DNA of 64,000 nucleotides from Macrostomum hystrix (Eukaryota; Animalia; Platyhelminthes). Where the stretch lies: contig CATNEN010000039.1 of assembly GCA_950097015.1 (NCBI GenBank), positions 16,616,001 to 16,680,000 of the forward strand. Reading direction: 5' to 3'. Shown here piece by piece: positions 46,501 through 61,500 of the stretch. The notes below the pieces were generated by a model. It ran no database searches. It was not told the origin of the DNA and saw only the letters and a program-made list of their open reading frames with translations. Made by a program: the position numbers and the translations under genes. The stretch's first letter is position 1, and every line of letters starts with the position of its first letter.

Positions 46501-49500
46501 ATCCCGTGCTAATCTGTGCCGGATCAGAGAAATTCACAAACAACTTTGATGCATAAATAGCTGTTGGAAGATACTGTTCCGTTCCGAAGCTGCAATTGAA
46601 TGTCTGAAATGAGTAGATTTGCATCTCGCGATCTTCATTTGTCTATGCCGTCAGAATAGCTAGTTATACATTCTTACATTAACAACTCCATTAAAATTGA
46701 CAGTTCTAAGGCTTGAATTCCTCAAGCTGATAAAACTGATGCTGAACGAAGCATTGGCAGAGCTCCCGGTCAACTTCCAGCCAGTCAGGATGAAGGGTCT
46801 CGACAGAGCTGCTTGGATTGTGTTGGACGACACAATGCTGATTGTGGAAAGACCAGCGTCCAACCAGCTGCAGTCTGGGCAGGTGTTTTATAAAACGATA
46901 AATTACTTTATATCTCAGCTATACAAAATGCACACACACTCCCAACATTGTATTCAACCAATCGCCATGAAAATCCACAGAAAAAGGATTGAGCAAAAAG
47001 TTGCGCTCTATTCGATAAAAAATTCCAGAATCACAAAACATCGGCATCATCGAGAGATTCAACGTCTGGTCGCAAGAACCGCAAATAAAGGCATTTTTTC
47101 TTCTCACAAAATTTCATCATGTATCCATGTCGGCTATCGTTGTTGACGATTTTGGATTGATCAAATGGTCCTTTTTTCATTTTTGAACGATAGATGGATT
47201 TGCCATAGAAGTTTATACAGAACAATGCTACTCGTTATTGTCAACAGCGTCTTCGACAAGAATTACTGAATATCTCGACGATGTTGACGTTAAACGGCTT
47301 TGAAGGTTAGTTCATCGTAAAGGGGGGAAAAGTTTTTATTCATGGTGGACTTTCACAAAAATTGGTCAATCGGTTTGTGAGCTATCGTGAAATAGCATGG
47401 TCTATCTATTGTTATATGCTGACCTTCAGGATATCCGAGCAGTTCCACTCTCAGCAGACGTCGGTTAACAAAGCCCTTCGGGGATATGCGCACAAGCTTT
47501 GCTCCGAATGGAATCGGTAAAGATTTTCGCAGCGCAATATTACAGTTGTTGAGCAGCGTCTCAATGGTCTGGAAGGCGAAATAGTTTATGACATTTCTGC
47601 ATCTGACCCTCGTGTGTGCGCATGTTCCTGTCTACATATCTGTTCGCGTGTTCCTGTGCACATACAGGAACACGTGTCTATAGTAATTTAAGGATACTTT
47701 TTGAGAATTTTTGGTCAGACTAACCGAGTTAAGTCCGTGTCTTCCGTAGGCTTGATAAATCTGCAGTGACTGCTGCGACTGGCCGTACCAGATCTCAACC
47801 GAAGTAACGAACGCGTTGAACTCGCTGTTTGACAGGTCGCTGACACCGCTGCCTTGCCACACCAGGCCGGTGATCACGTGACGCACGTCGAGCTGAATTT
47901 CCAGGAAGCTGTTGCTGCCAGCTTTTTAATGTTTTTAATGATAACAATTTTATGATAACAAACGTGCTAGTCAGTTTTTCCTATTCACGCTGGCAACTCT
48001 GAGAAACTCACGCGCGCACACACGGATAAGAATAAAGGAAAACACTAGGATATGTGCATGTACACAGACACACATATGGATATGTACATAGGCACGCACT
48101 GGGATATGTACACAGGCACACACTGGGATATGTACACAGGCACACGCTGGGATATGTACACAGGCACACACTGGGATATGTACACAGGCACACGCTGGGA
48201 TATGTACACAGGCACACACTGGGATATGTACACAGGCACACACTGGGATATGTACACAGGCACACACTGGGATATGTACACAGGCACACACTGGGATATG
48301 TACACAGGCACACACTGTGATATGTACACAGGCACACACTGGGATATGTACACAGGCACACACTGGGATATGTACACAGGCACACACTGGGATATGTACA
48401 CAGGCACACACTGGGATATGTACACAGGCACACACTGGGATATGTACACAGGCACACGCTGGGATATGTACACAGGCACACACTGGGATATGTACACAGG
48501 CACACGCTGGGATATGTACACAGGCACACACTGGGATATGTACACAGGCACACACTGGGATATGTACACAGGCACACACTGGGATATGTACACAGGCACA
48601 CACTGGGATATGTACACAGGCACACACTGGGATATGTACACAGGCACACCCCAGCTCACCAGACGGGAAGAACACTCCAGGCGGCAGTCCCCGTAGTTGC
48701 GGCCGATTAAGGCCAGCCATGACTGGAGCCGGGTGCCGGAAGCCGTCGTAGGGGCTCGCTGCAGTCACCTGAGATCCCACAGTCAGCTGGAATGCTTGAA
48801 CTCGACCGTCTTCCAGGCCGATGCCAGAGCTGATGTGGTAGGGCGCGGCTGGAACATATTGATTCAACCAGAAGCTTCAGAATACATTTCAAACATTTAC
48901 CGCACAGTATTGGCAAGGCCTGGGAAGTGACTTACCAACGTTAGGATAGCCATAGACTTCGAACTCGCAAAATGAGAAATTGCCGTAGGATGAAGCTCGC
49001 ACTAGTCCAGCGACAGATGCAACCTTGTTTGAATGGTTAGAATAGTAATTTATTTTTGTTTACACCTGCCCTAATTGGACCAGATGTTCAGCCGACAGCA
49101 CATCCGCTTCTGTCCATGGACTCGGGGGGACACAACACTCAACCTTCAATTACCCTAGCTGATGCACAAATCGTTCCAGTGGAGTCAGGAATCGAACCCG
49201 CGACCATCAAGTCGTGGGTCCTTTTTTGCATACTTTTACTTTTTGTGGTAGGGCTATCCACCGTGTGGCGACACTAGACCCGCAGCCAGCGAGGAGGCAA
49301 TTCTGCCCATTCCGCTGACCCCGAAGCGCATGCACATGGATACATTACAAGGCACACGCTCACACAGTGTGTAAATCCGCCCTGACTTTGGTCAGGCAGT
49401 GTACAATAGGTAATAAATAGTTTTTTTTCAACTGTTGATTTACCTTATTTACGCTAACAGTCCACATGTGGCTCTTCATGAAGCCGCCAGTCCACGTGTT

Positions 49501-52500
49501 CAAAATGTCTGCACTAGACGGACTTGAGGTGCTGTTGCTGATGTAGACACTCACCTGAAACATCTCTTCGGATAGTATTTGCACCTTGTCTAAAAAATGT
49601 TATTTGATTTGTTTGTTATCATTACTTGTAACAAAGAATTCAATAATCATGGTCGACTGTCACCAAATAATTTACATGTATCATTGTCTACAGCTTATGC
49701 AGCTGCTATTATTTTATTAATATTCCAATAAGAATAGATAGATTTCAACTCACCGATAGTCTCAACCATATCCACAATGAAAATGCTGACAATAGACTGC
49801 GGCGCTGCCAGGTCTACGTACCAGTACACCTGCGGATCAGCTGAGACAGTGGCTAGGAAACAAAGTCCAGAAAGAGCATGATTAGTTAGGACTCCATCCA
49901 CTGCCAGGTAGGTGGTATTAGCTCCGTTGTTTGAGCCAGTTGGCTGGTAGCGAGACAGCAGAATGGGCCTCGCGGTGACTTCTGGGAATTCAACAAAGTA
50001 CGATTAAAGTTATTGGGTTAATCACTTAATCATAGTTAATCATAGCACTACCAAGCCTATTTGTGCTGCGCCCGAAGGTATCAACGCAAGCACACGAAAC
50101 TGAAGGATTCGGACCAGATATTCAACGCGAACTTCTGAAACAAGAATCAAGTAACCAGCCCTTCCGACCGTCGAGATATTCAACGGTTCTGGCCGATCGG
50201 GTCTGATTGTTCCCATAAGATCAAATGTGTATTTCATACCACTAAACACGAATTTTGTACTGCGCCTCAGTGCGGCCTTGCCATGCCTTCCAACTTTATC
50301 TGCATCATCTCCGACTTCGGAAGGTAGGTGACCACCGAAGACGGAGATGATGGCGGGACATTCAGGTGACATGCTGATAAATTTTGAAGGCCTGGCAAGG
50401 CCGCAGTGAGGCGTAGTACAAATTTGTGTATTGGGGTGTATAAAATACACTAGCTCTATGGGAAAAATATGACCTTCGGCCAGAACCGTCGAATATCTCG
50501 ACGGTCTGAAAGGCTAGCGAAATAATTCTTGTTTCAGAAGATGCACAACAAAAAGTTAACCTGTGTTCTTGACTTTCGTGTGCTTGCGTTGCTCTGTTCG
50601 GGTGCAGCCAAAAACTTTTCAGGGGAAATCCCCCAAGGTAGCTCCACTCTTAATAATGCCGAAAGCCGAAATCTCTCACCTGTGGCATCACCGCTGCATC
50701 CGTAAACCTGCCAGCGAAGCTCCAGTTTTCTGAACCAGTTAAGCGGATAGAGGCGAACACCTTTGACAGTGGGCTCAGGTAGCAGTCGGTGTCTCGTGAC
50801 TTGATGAGACGCAAATACGCCGGTGAAATTCTGTGAAACAAACAAAACTTATATAGGCTGTCTATACCTAGTAGAATGCTAAGATTGGGAAATCAAAACT
50901 CTTTGTTAACCTTTGCGTCTCTGTACAGCTCCCAGTAGCTGCCCTCCTCGCTGACAGCCAACGAGAATGACGTCACATAGCTGCTCAGCCCGCCAGCTTG
51001 AGTCACGTCCGCCCCGCCAGACAGTGCCACACCAAACAGCTGAGTAGGACGTTGAAAAATAGCCTGTCAAAATAGAATAAGAATTCGAGAATCCTCCGTT
51101 ATCAGCTTGGAATCGTCATACGAGACATGGGACTGCAGGGTTCTGATATACGTGTTATATATAAGGTAGTCATCAACTTTATGAATAAACATCTTGCAAA
51201 TTTGCAAATGCTGCATACGAATAATGGTATTGCAGGGGTGAGTGGCAGAGCGGTTAACGCGTTTGCCTATCGCGCCAAGGTCCCTGAGCTCGATTCCACG
51301 GCGAGGCCACATTAAATTGGGGCGCAGCCGCGGAAAGAAGGCTTGGGGGCTTGTCGTGCAATTTACGCCCTAAAGGGCCAACCTCCAAGGCACAGTGAGA
51401 GTGTACACTGTCTCTATATTCAATCTCCTATGTAAAATAAGAAATCTACCATAGATAACTCTTTTTCTTAAGAAGAAAGTGAAATTTGAATAATCGAATT
51501 TTGCCTGCACTTTACCTGTACAAAGACCGCGGCAGTTGCTGGGTTATTAAATAGACAGGCCAGGAGACCCGGAGAGAATGTGGCCATCGTGTTCTGGTCT
51601 GGCACGTTGAACCAGACATGCGGGGCGATCATGGCGGTTTCGTAGGCATCGTTCGGAATTAGGAGGCCAGAGTAGGCGAGCTTGTTCACCTGGATATTGT
51701 GCTCAGTGTCCCAGCAGTGGCCCAGTAGCAGACCCTGAGCAAACGCGGTCAGGCGTGTTACGCCAGGTACCTGTGCCCAGATGAGACTAATATTGGCGAA
51801 GTCATCCGTATCGAAGGCCACAGAAGTAGTGTCATTTGTCGGCAGAATGGCTAGCGTGTTATCTGTCAGGCTGTAGTCTTTGTTCTCGATGGTACAGCCA
51901 GTCAGTTGAATTGAAGTTCCGTTGCCTGTCAGCCAAACTATGTAGCGCTTCTGTAATCAGAATACGTTTTTGTACAATGAAAAAACAACCAGCATGTACC
52001 ATAGACAGTGCAAGCTGACTCACATTCAGCATGGCGGCATCGTACGCAAATTGGTCGGTGAGCCAGATCTTCAACGTCTGCTGCTGCAGCCTGGCTCTCA
52101 GGTTCAAGTTCTTCGATGTCAGCGCTTCTGTGATAATGTCATCCGGCATCCACTGCGGTCTGAGCTGGATGTGCTCATCCAACTCGCTCTCTGCAGGGTT
52201 TCCAAAGAGTGAAAGCGAAACTTAAAATAACAAAACCTTGTAAACACATATTGAAGCTTGTTGTGGTCATTCTAGATTTTTACACTGGATTGAAAGTTTC
52301 TAAATAATGATAATAATAATAATAATTGCAGGAACGCTACAAGCAATGACCCAAAATTTGACACTAGACCTGCAGCCTGCGATGAGGCAATTCTGCCCAT
52401 TCCGCTGACTCCTGAGCACACACGCACACAGGCATATACTCACACACGGTTTGCACATCTGCTCTGACTTTCTCATCGTCAGGCAGTGTATTTTCTCACT

Positions 52501-55500
52501 GTGCCTTGGAGGTTGGCCCTCAAGGACGTGAATTGCACGACAACCCCAAAGCATTATCTCTTCGAGGTATGAATGTGACCTCGCCGTGGATTCGAGCTCA
52601 GGAACCTTGGCGCGAGAGGAGAACGCGTTAAACACTATGCCACCCACCCCCTTAAAGTTTTTGAAACGAAGTGACAGTAAAATACGTAATACCCTACTGT
52701 CCCTACAGTAAGCAGGTCACACAAGATTAAATGGCTGGTCTGAAAATATTCTTTGTGTCAACACTGAACTAATAAATTTATGCAGACCTAAACTGCGCTT
52801 TTATTATACTGCATGATTATAAAATACAATCAACTTATCTTTGCGGCCGTTGAGCCTCATTAACAGGCAATATCTGGTTTTAACTGAGCCAGATAGAAGT
52901 GGTTGGAATACGTTTCCATACACATAGATAATTAATTATCATTTAACGTTTGCATGCTAGAAAAACAAGGTATTTTTTCTCCTACTGTATTCCACAATTA
53001 TGTTAGTCTAGCAGTTTGATCTTCACTTGTCCATTAAATCAGCAGAAGCTATAAATCTAATAATTTTTTTCTAACAAAAACTGGACACAAAGATAAATTT
53101 CAAATATGGGCACCATATTCGAGGGACGTTTCAGACGTTCCTAATATTATACTTTCACCTGCCCTCTAACATGTAGCGAATATTTTCTAAAAAAACTGAA
53201 TCCTACAATTTAAGAGGCTACGATTAGATTATTGCCTAAATCAAAACGAAACTACACTTACCCTCTTTACCATAGACTATCAGCGCAGTGATGTTCAAAC
53301 CGCCGAGTTCCCGTCTCCGTATGACAACCAAAAATCGATAGGCAGCTCCGCCAGTGTCGCACCTGACGCTGTAGTTCTCAGTTCGCAGCGGCGTTTCAAT
53401 GGAGCCACACTGCAACCAACCATTGAAGGCCGCGTCCCCGGCCGATGGCGACCAAGTCGAGCCAACTAGGAGACGAATGCCAAACTGACCGCTGGCTGCA
53501 AGCCAAAAGAGGTGAGAGTGAAAATAAACGAAGATTATGGATAGTGTAAAAGCTTCTACTTCGAAAATTATGCTCATGGATGCGGAATTGTAGCTAGAAA
53601 GATACAAAATCTTAGCTGACAGATAAACACTCTTAGCTGACAGATACACGCTCTTAGCTGACAGATACACACTCTTAGCTGACAGATACACACTCTTAGC
53701 TGACAGATACACACTCTTAGCTGACAGATACACACTCTTAGCTGACAGATACACACTCTTAGCTGACAGATACACACTCGTAGGTGACAGATACACACTC
53801 TTAGCTGACAGATACACACTCTTAGCTGACAGATACACACTCGCAGCTGACAGATACACACTCTTAGCTGACAGATACACACTCACAGCTGACAGATACA
53901 CACTCTTAGCTGACAGATACACACTCGCAGCTGACAGATACACACTCTTAGCTGACAGATACACACTCTTAGCTGACAGATACACACTCTTAGCTGACAG
54001 ATACACACTCACAGCTGACAGATACACACTCTTAGCTGACAGATACACACTCACAGCTGACAGATACACACTCGTAGGTGACAGATACACACTCGCAGCT
54101 GACAGATACACACTCGCAGCTGACAGATACACACTCTTAGCTGACAGATACACACTCGTAGCTGACAGATACACACTCGCAGCTGACAGATACACACTCG
54201 TAGGTGACAGATACACACTCGTAGGTGACAGATACACACTCGTAGGTGACAGATACACACTCGCAGCTGACAGATACACACACAGATACACACTCGCAGC
54301 TGACAGATACACACTCGCAGCTGACAGATACACACTCGCAGCTGACAGATACACACTCGCAGCTGACAGATACACACTCGCAGCTGACAGATACACACTC
54401 GCAGCTGACAGATACACACTCGTAGGTGACAGATACACACTCGTAGCTGACAGATACACACTCGTAGGTGACAGATACACACTCGCAGCTGACAGATACA
54501 CACTCGCAGCTGACAGATACACACTCGTAGGTGACAAATACACACTCGTAGCTGACAGATACACACTCGTAGGTGACAGATACACACTCGTAGGTGACAG
54601 ATACACACTCGTAGGTGACAGATACACACTCGTAGGTGACAGATACACACTCGTAGCTGACAGATACACACTCGTAGGTGACAGATACACACTCGTAGGT
54701 GACAGATACACACTCGTAGGTGACAGATACACACTCGCAGCTGACAGATACACACTCGTAGGTGACAGATACACACTCTTAGCTGACAGATACACACTCT
54801 TAGCTGACAGATACACACTCTTAGCTGACAGATACACACTCTTAGCTGACAGATACACACTCTTAGCTGACAGATACACACTCGCAGCTGACAGATACAC
54901 ACTCGTAGGTGACAGATACACACTCGTAGGTGACAGATACACACTCGTAGGTGATTGATACGCTAGTGCACTCTTGAAAGTAACTCTCAGCAGACGCAAT
55001 TGAAATAATCTCGACCTTACCTGCCAGAAGCTCCACCCCGTTGATGCGGTGAGGACTTTTGAGATCTATCAGCAAGGTCAGCAACTCGGAAGCGTCTGTC
55101 CCGGGCAACAATGAGGAGTCCGCAGCCAGCCTCAGAAAGCCAAGGCTAGTTCTATTCGGTTTTAGCCGCTGTCCATTGAAATAAATAGCTTTGAAGTAAG
55201 CCACATTGTGGGATAGCAGGCTTGAGTTCCACGGAGTGTAATCGTGAACTGAATGGCAGTGCGTCGATTTTATCACTTTATATTGCATAATATATGACAC
55301 AATGTATAAAAAATCAAACAATACTTCAGCCAGGCTTTCTTACGACAATTGTGCAGAATGCAGCTCTGTGTAATAAAAGGCGGGCCAACGAAGCACAGTG
55401 GAATCTCAGCGAGGCTTCCTGAACAAAGAGAGAGTGGCATTATTTATGCACTTTTAGAAATTTTTGCATGAGACCGATTGAGTATAGTTTTGATATAGTT

Positions 55501-58500
55501 TTTTGCATTCTAGTTTTTTTTAAATGCTGATTACATTTAAGATTACGAAATGCATCTATTTTCAACAGACATCGTTTATTGTCGGTGGAATTTTTCGACT
55601 GGAACTGCGTTTAATTTTAGAAACAATTAATAAAGAGTTGGGCGATTTTTAATGGGTTCATAAAGCCGCGAACCCTTAAGCTTTGGTCCATGGTTCTTAG
55701 TGGAGTTGTCGATGGTTCTTAATAGAGTTGTCTTTGGTTCTTAGTGGAGTTGTCGATGGTTCTTAATAGAGTGGTCTTTGGTTCTTAGTGGAGTTGTCGA
55801 TGGTTCTTAATAGAGTGGTCTTTGGTTCTTAGTGGAGTTGTCGATGGTTCTTAATAGAGTTGTCTTTGGTTCTTAGTGGAGTTGTCGATGGTTCTTAATA
55901 GAGTTGTCTTTGGTTCTTAGTGGAGTTGTCGATGGTTCTTAATAGAGTGGTCTTTGGTTCTTAGTGGAGTTGTCGATGGTTCTTAATTGAGTGGTGTGTG
56001 ATTCTTAGTGGAGTTGTCGATGGTTCTTAATAGAGTTGTTTATGGTTCTTAATTGAGTGGTGTGTGATTCTTAGTAGAGTTGTCGATGGTTCGGAATAGA
56101 GTTGTCTATGGTTCTTAATTGAGTGGTGTGTGATTCTTAGTAGAGTTGTCGATGGTTCGGAATAGAGTTGTCTATGGTTCTTAATTGAGTGGTGTGTGAT
56201 TCTTAGTAGAGTTGTCGATAATTCTTAAATTGGATGGTTAATAAATATGTCTTTTAATACGTTCTTTTTAATTTTCCGCTGTTTATGCTTATTCAATTAG
56301 CCCGGCCAAATGAAATACACTGATGAGACAGACAGCTGACCGGGACAAAGAGGAGGTTAAATTGAGCACGATGCTGACGTCGGACGGTGTTAAAAGTTAG
56401 TTCAGCTTGAAGGGCGCATAATTTGGATCCACATAATGGATTTTCACGAAAACCTGTCATTCGGTTTGTGAGCTATCGTGAAGTAGGCAGTGGTTATTTG
56501 AAATACGAGTGCCTTCCGTGGTTTTTCCCCGGGAGAAAAATAGCCATTGTTAAAAGAAGAACATTTTCGGTTCGACAGACAGCACTCACTGCTGACACAG
56601 TAGTTCCTGGACACTCGACTGTCCGAGGCCCAGGTCTGGTTGCGGCACACCCGGCCGCTAGCAGTCACATTCAACGGATAGACATAGTTTCCGGGATCGC
56701 CCTGGCTTAGCAGGCAATTAGCTGCGGATTCAAAAAGCGAGCGCATTTGAAACAGAAGGCATGCATTGAAATTTAAGACAAATCTCGCTTACTCGGCATC
56801 CGCATGCCGCCGCCGATAAAGGCGTTCTCGGCATCAAAGAATGAAGACGCGAATGGGAATCCTGTGACCGTGACTGCCGATTTAGATTGTCCGAGTAGAG
56901 GTTCCATGCAGTCTGGAATGAACACGGATACTATTGTAATGTACAGTCTGAGCGCGAAACTGCAGCGCAATAGCTACCTTTTTTTCCAGTGACAATAGAC
57001 ACGCTCTGAATAGCCGCATTCGCGTCACCGCCAACCAGATCGTTGGCAACGCTGCAGGAAAATATAGAGGCAGCAGACATTTGCACGTGGCTGTCGCAGA
57101 AACCGCCGAGTCTGCTGTCAAGTTGATGCTGGCGTATGTACAGCAGCTGCATGGACCTGCTGCCTGCAGGGTTCGGCTGTTCTACGCAGGCCGACGTGAA
57201 GCTGCCACCGCTGCCAAAGCTGGGCCGCTGGTCGGCGAACATCACGTGACCAATGCGAAGTTTCCGACTGTTTCCTGGAAATACAGAGAAGTTAATTAAC
57301 TGTGAATTGGGGGTGAGTGGCAGAGCAATTAACGCATCTGCCTCTCGCACCAAGGTCCCTGAGCTCGATTCCGCGGCGAGGCCAGATTAAATTGGGGCGC
57401 AGCCGCGGAGAGAAGGCTTGGGGGCTTGTCGTGCAATTTACGCCCTAAAGGACCAACCTCAAAGGCATAATGAAATTGTACACTGCCTGACGATGAGAAA
57501 GTCAGGGCAGATGTACACGTCTGTGTGAGCGTATGCCTGTGTACAGTCTCGGGGTGCGTGTTTGCTCAGGAGTCAGCAAAATGGGGCGGAATTGCCTCCT
57601 CGCTGGCTGCGGGTCCAGTGTCACCAAATGATGTGCCATTGCCCGCAGCCCTCCTTCACATATCAATATTTTTAACTTTGAACTTGTTAACTAGTATCAA
57701 AACGTTTTAATTATTTACTTGTGGTTCATGAAAAACAGCTGTCCAGAACCAACTCAAAACTAACCGGAGCCTTGAGGCGCTTGTGGAACTTGGCAGCCGA
57801 ACATTTGTTTCGTTCCGCCCGCCGCCGCGACCAAAGCTGCCTCCTTGGTGCTCCACAGGCCATAGACATCGCCCGGTTGGCCAAGCTTCCAGTGACCGGC
57901 TGGCACGGGAGTGCCATCAAGCCAGAACCAGTTGGAGGAATTTTTCACAATGCCCACGTGCAGCAGATAGTCCACCCTTCAAAGTGAGTGGAGTTTGCTC
58001 TCAGATATTCCATCTCTAACTTGTGAAAATATGATGACAAAAGCGCCCTCTCTGCTGACCTTATAACAACTTAAATTTAAACGCAGCCCCTTAAAACACT
58101 GGTTTACCATATTAATAACAATATATGCAGGAGAGCTGCAGGCAATGGCACTACATTTGGTGACACTGGACCCGCATCCAGCAAGGAGGCAATCCTGCCC
58201 ACTTCGCTGACTCCTGAGCACATATGCGCACCGATAGTTTACGTAGGAACTCGCTCACACAGGTGTGTACATCTCCCCTGTCTTTCTCATCGTCAGGCAG
58301 TGTACACTGTCACTGTGCCTTGAAGGTTGGCCATTAGGGGGCGTAAATTGCACGACAAGCCCCCAAGCCTTCTCTCCGCGGCTGCGCCCCAATTTAATGT
58401 GGCCTCGCCGCGGAATCGAGCTCAGGAACCTTGGTGCAAGAGGCAAATGCGTTTGACCGCTCTGCCACTGGACCCCCTGTGATTTTACCATAGACTAAGC

Positions 58501-61500
58501 CGAAAATTCCCACTTTTAAACCAACGATCTTATATACTCAGAGAATTGCCTATAAGCACGTAGTAAAAAATGTTAAAATACAGGTAAAACACATGATTTT
58601 CTTAGAAATCAGAGGGTAGAAGAAGCTCACCACACGGCCAGGTAGCTCATCACTGACAGATCCTTAGGCATGAGTAGGTCACCTCTTCCACCAGCCCATA
58701 CGTAGGACTGGCAAACTTTGCGACCAGAATCTCTGAGCGCCATCACCGGACTCAGGTGCATGCAGATGCCGCCGTGAGGCACAAAGCCAGGTGGGCAAGA
58801 TGGGGACTGAACACCGATAAACTTGATCTCCTGCTGCTGAATCGATCCGTTTAGGAGGCGTATTTTCATCGATATCGGTGCCAGCAGAATCGGGAATTCG
58901 AAGTTCTTCTGAGTGGAGCTCGTTTCGAACTGAAGAAGCGTGATGTAATACTCTAATATGAATATGGTAGGCTAATGTTAGTTGCAGTACAGTTTGCACA
59001 CAGCCGCATTCAAGCGAGAGTAGGCTTTCACAAGTACGGACCATGTAAGTAAGGATTGAGTCTAAATTTATATTTTAGCAAATGCCTCATCCCCAGCTTG
59101 GGTAGGATCGTGTAAAGTACAAAAGAACCCGCAATGCGAAAGACCTTGCTTCTAGCACTGACCAGGACACCAAGTAGATGCCCAGCATAGAACCGCTCTA
59201 GCGGTCATTATTATATTTTTCTGACCTCAATACCTCGTTAGGTTTCAGTTATGGAGTCTAGAACCGTAAGTAGTTCCTACCGTAAAACTCCCTGGCTAGA
59301 ATGAGAGTAGACAGTGGAACCTTGGCCAACCGGACCACAAAGCAGCTACCAACCAATCACTAGGGTGGGTGCCACTGGGGAGTAAGGCCTGATCCCGTTC
59401 CACCTTGGGATCAGCACCTAGGAGATATGAGCTAATGCATTGTGACGAATCTCCAAACAGCTTACCATCCAGGTGCTTCCTTGTACCATCAGGGTAGCTT
59501 CAGGCTCCGAGTCGACCTCACTGTACGTAACGTAGAATTTCACGTAGGTACCGGGACCGGTTCTGTTTAAAGCAATCTTGTTCAGGTGATAGTAGGAGTT
59601 AAATTTCACTTGGATGGTGGCAGAATCAAGCTGCGACAAGCTGAGATCAACAATTTCTGCGGCGCCTGAATTTGAGACACACGGACGATGGATATTTTTA
59701 AAGTGTAGTCCGAGTCAACCAGAAACTTGTGGTGGCACAAATACGATGCTTACCTGGATCACAGGGATAGCCCACTAGGTCCAGCTTTAACTGAGTGCGC
59801 GTGCATTTCGATGTTACGATAAATTTGAGTAGTTTTGCTGAAATCGATCGGTGAAAATTTATTCGTGCAGTTTCAACGTAGTTCTCGGTGCCAGGTAGGG
59901 TCACCTTTGGAAGTAGTGAGGATTGCATTGTTTAGTAAACGAAGTAAAAAAATAGGTCCTCTAACTAAAATAACTTAGACCATGACGATTCTGAGTGAGA
60001 CTATAAAATAAAAATAAAAATAATTGCAAGAAGGGCTGCGGGCAATGGCACACCATGCGGTGACACTAGACCCACAGCCACCCGTGCACAGATACTGTAC
60101 ACAGGCACACGCTCACACGCTTGAAGTTGGCCCTCAAGGGCGTAAATTGCGAGACAAGCCCCCAAGCCTTCTCTCCGCGGCTGCGCCCCAAATGAATGTG
60201 GCCTCACCGTGGAATCGAGCTCAGGGACCTTGGCACGAGAGGCAAACGCGTTAACCGTTCAGCCACTGACCACAGAGTGAGACTGTACGCAACTGGTTGT
60301 TTCTTAGATACGTCCGTATAATAACTTGCTTCACCTATCAATGCTCACCGGAGTTGCGTCGTTAAGATTTCGAAAATAAAAAAGCCGCGAGCTGTTTGAG
60401 TCCGGCGAGTACATCAGCTGCATAGCTGTGACCATGCCATAGAGCGATCCCGACTCAAACCGTCTAAGGCTGCCACGCAAGAGAGCGCCAGTAAGTGAGA
60501 ACACCTGCGGCAGGTAGACTAGAAACTCGTCTGATTTCGGTCCAAGGAACACTTGATGGAAGCTCTCGTCTCCTAAGTAGGTCAGCGGCAGCGAGTACAT
60601 GTCGCCGCATCCATCGCAGATGGTGCTGACGCCTCCGTGCTGGACACCGGTAGACGGGAACCGGCTCCCAAGACCGATGGCGACGTCGTAGGCACGAGGA
60701 AAGTCGGTTTCCGTGATGTCTGGTTGGAGAGAGCATTGGAGTAAAAGTGCATTGGTAGTCGATGCAGCAAGGGCCTTCGTGTTTGTCCGTTCGTAAAGCT
60801 TTCATATTTACAATAATTAGATAAGAAACTCACTGAACGGATTTCCGTAGACTTCGAGCTCAATAAGTTTTAGGTCGCAGTTTGGTGAGCAGATGCTCGT
60901 GTTAAACTTGGCCAAACCGATCAGCCGAGTTGTCTAGAAATTTGAAAGAAAGTATCGGCTTCATCACGGGAGGTTTCTGAGCTCAATTCCGCAGCGAGGC
61001 CACATTCATTTGGGGCGCAGCTTCAGAGAGAAGGCTTGGGGACTTTTCGTGCAATTGGCGCCCTCGAGGGCCAACCTCCAAGGCACAATGACAGTGTACA
61101 CTGCCTGACCATGAGAAATCTCAGGTGCTTGTGTGCGTGTGTGCTCAGGAGTCAGCGAAATGGGCAGAATTCCCTCCTCGCTGGCTGTGGGTCGAGTGTC
61201 ACCAAATGATATGTCATTGCCCTCCTGCAATTATTATTATTCTGAAAGCTTTATATCGAACCCAGTGAGACAGGTTAAAGTAGCTGCATACCATTTCCAC
61301 TTTGACTCGCCAGGGCATTTTCATCACTGTGTAGTTATTGCGGGCCACGAATGTCGCCGAGGCCTCCGAGTAGCTGGACGCATTTGTGACGAACACGCCA
61401 GAGTAGACATTGTTTTCGTTCTGCGGCAAATCTGTTTTTGAAGTTGACAGTTTATTGCCAAAGTAATGATTGAAACGAGTTTCGTGTCTTCATTAACAGT

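Noticed and set aside
47971-48751. Cys/His-rich ORFs in multiple frames (CACVHIPV)n
   Set aside because: 24-bp tandem repeat starting after a canonical GTGAG donor at 48659; intronic.
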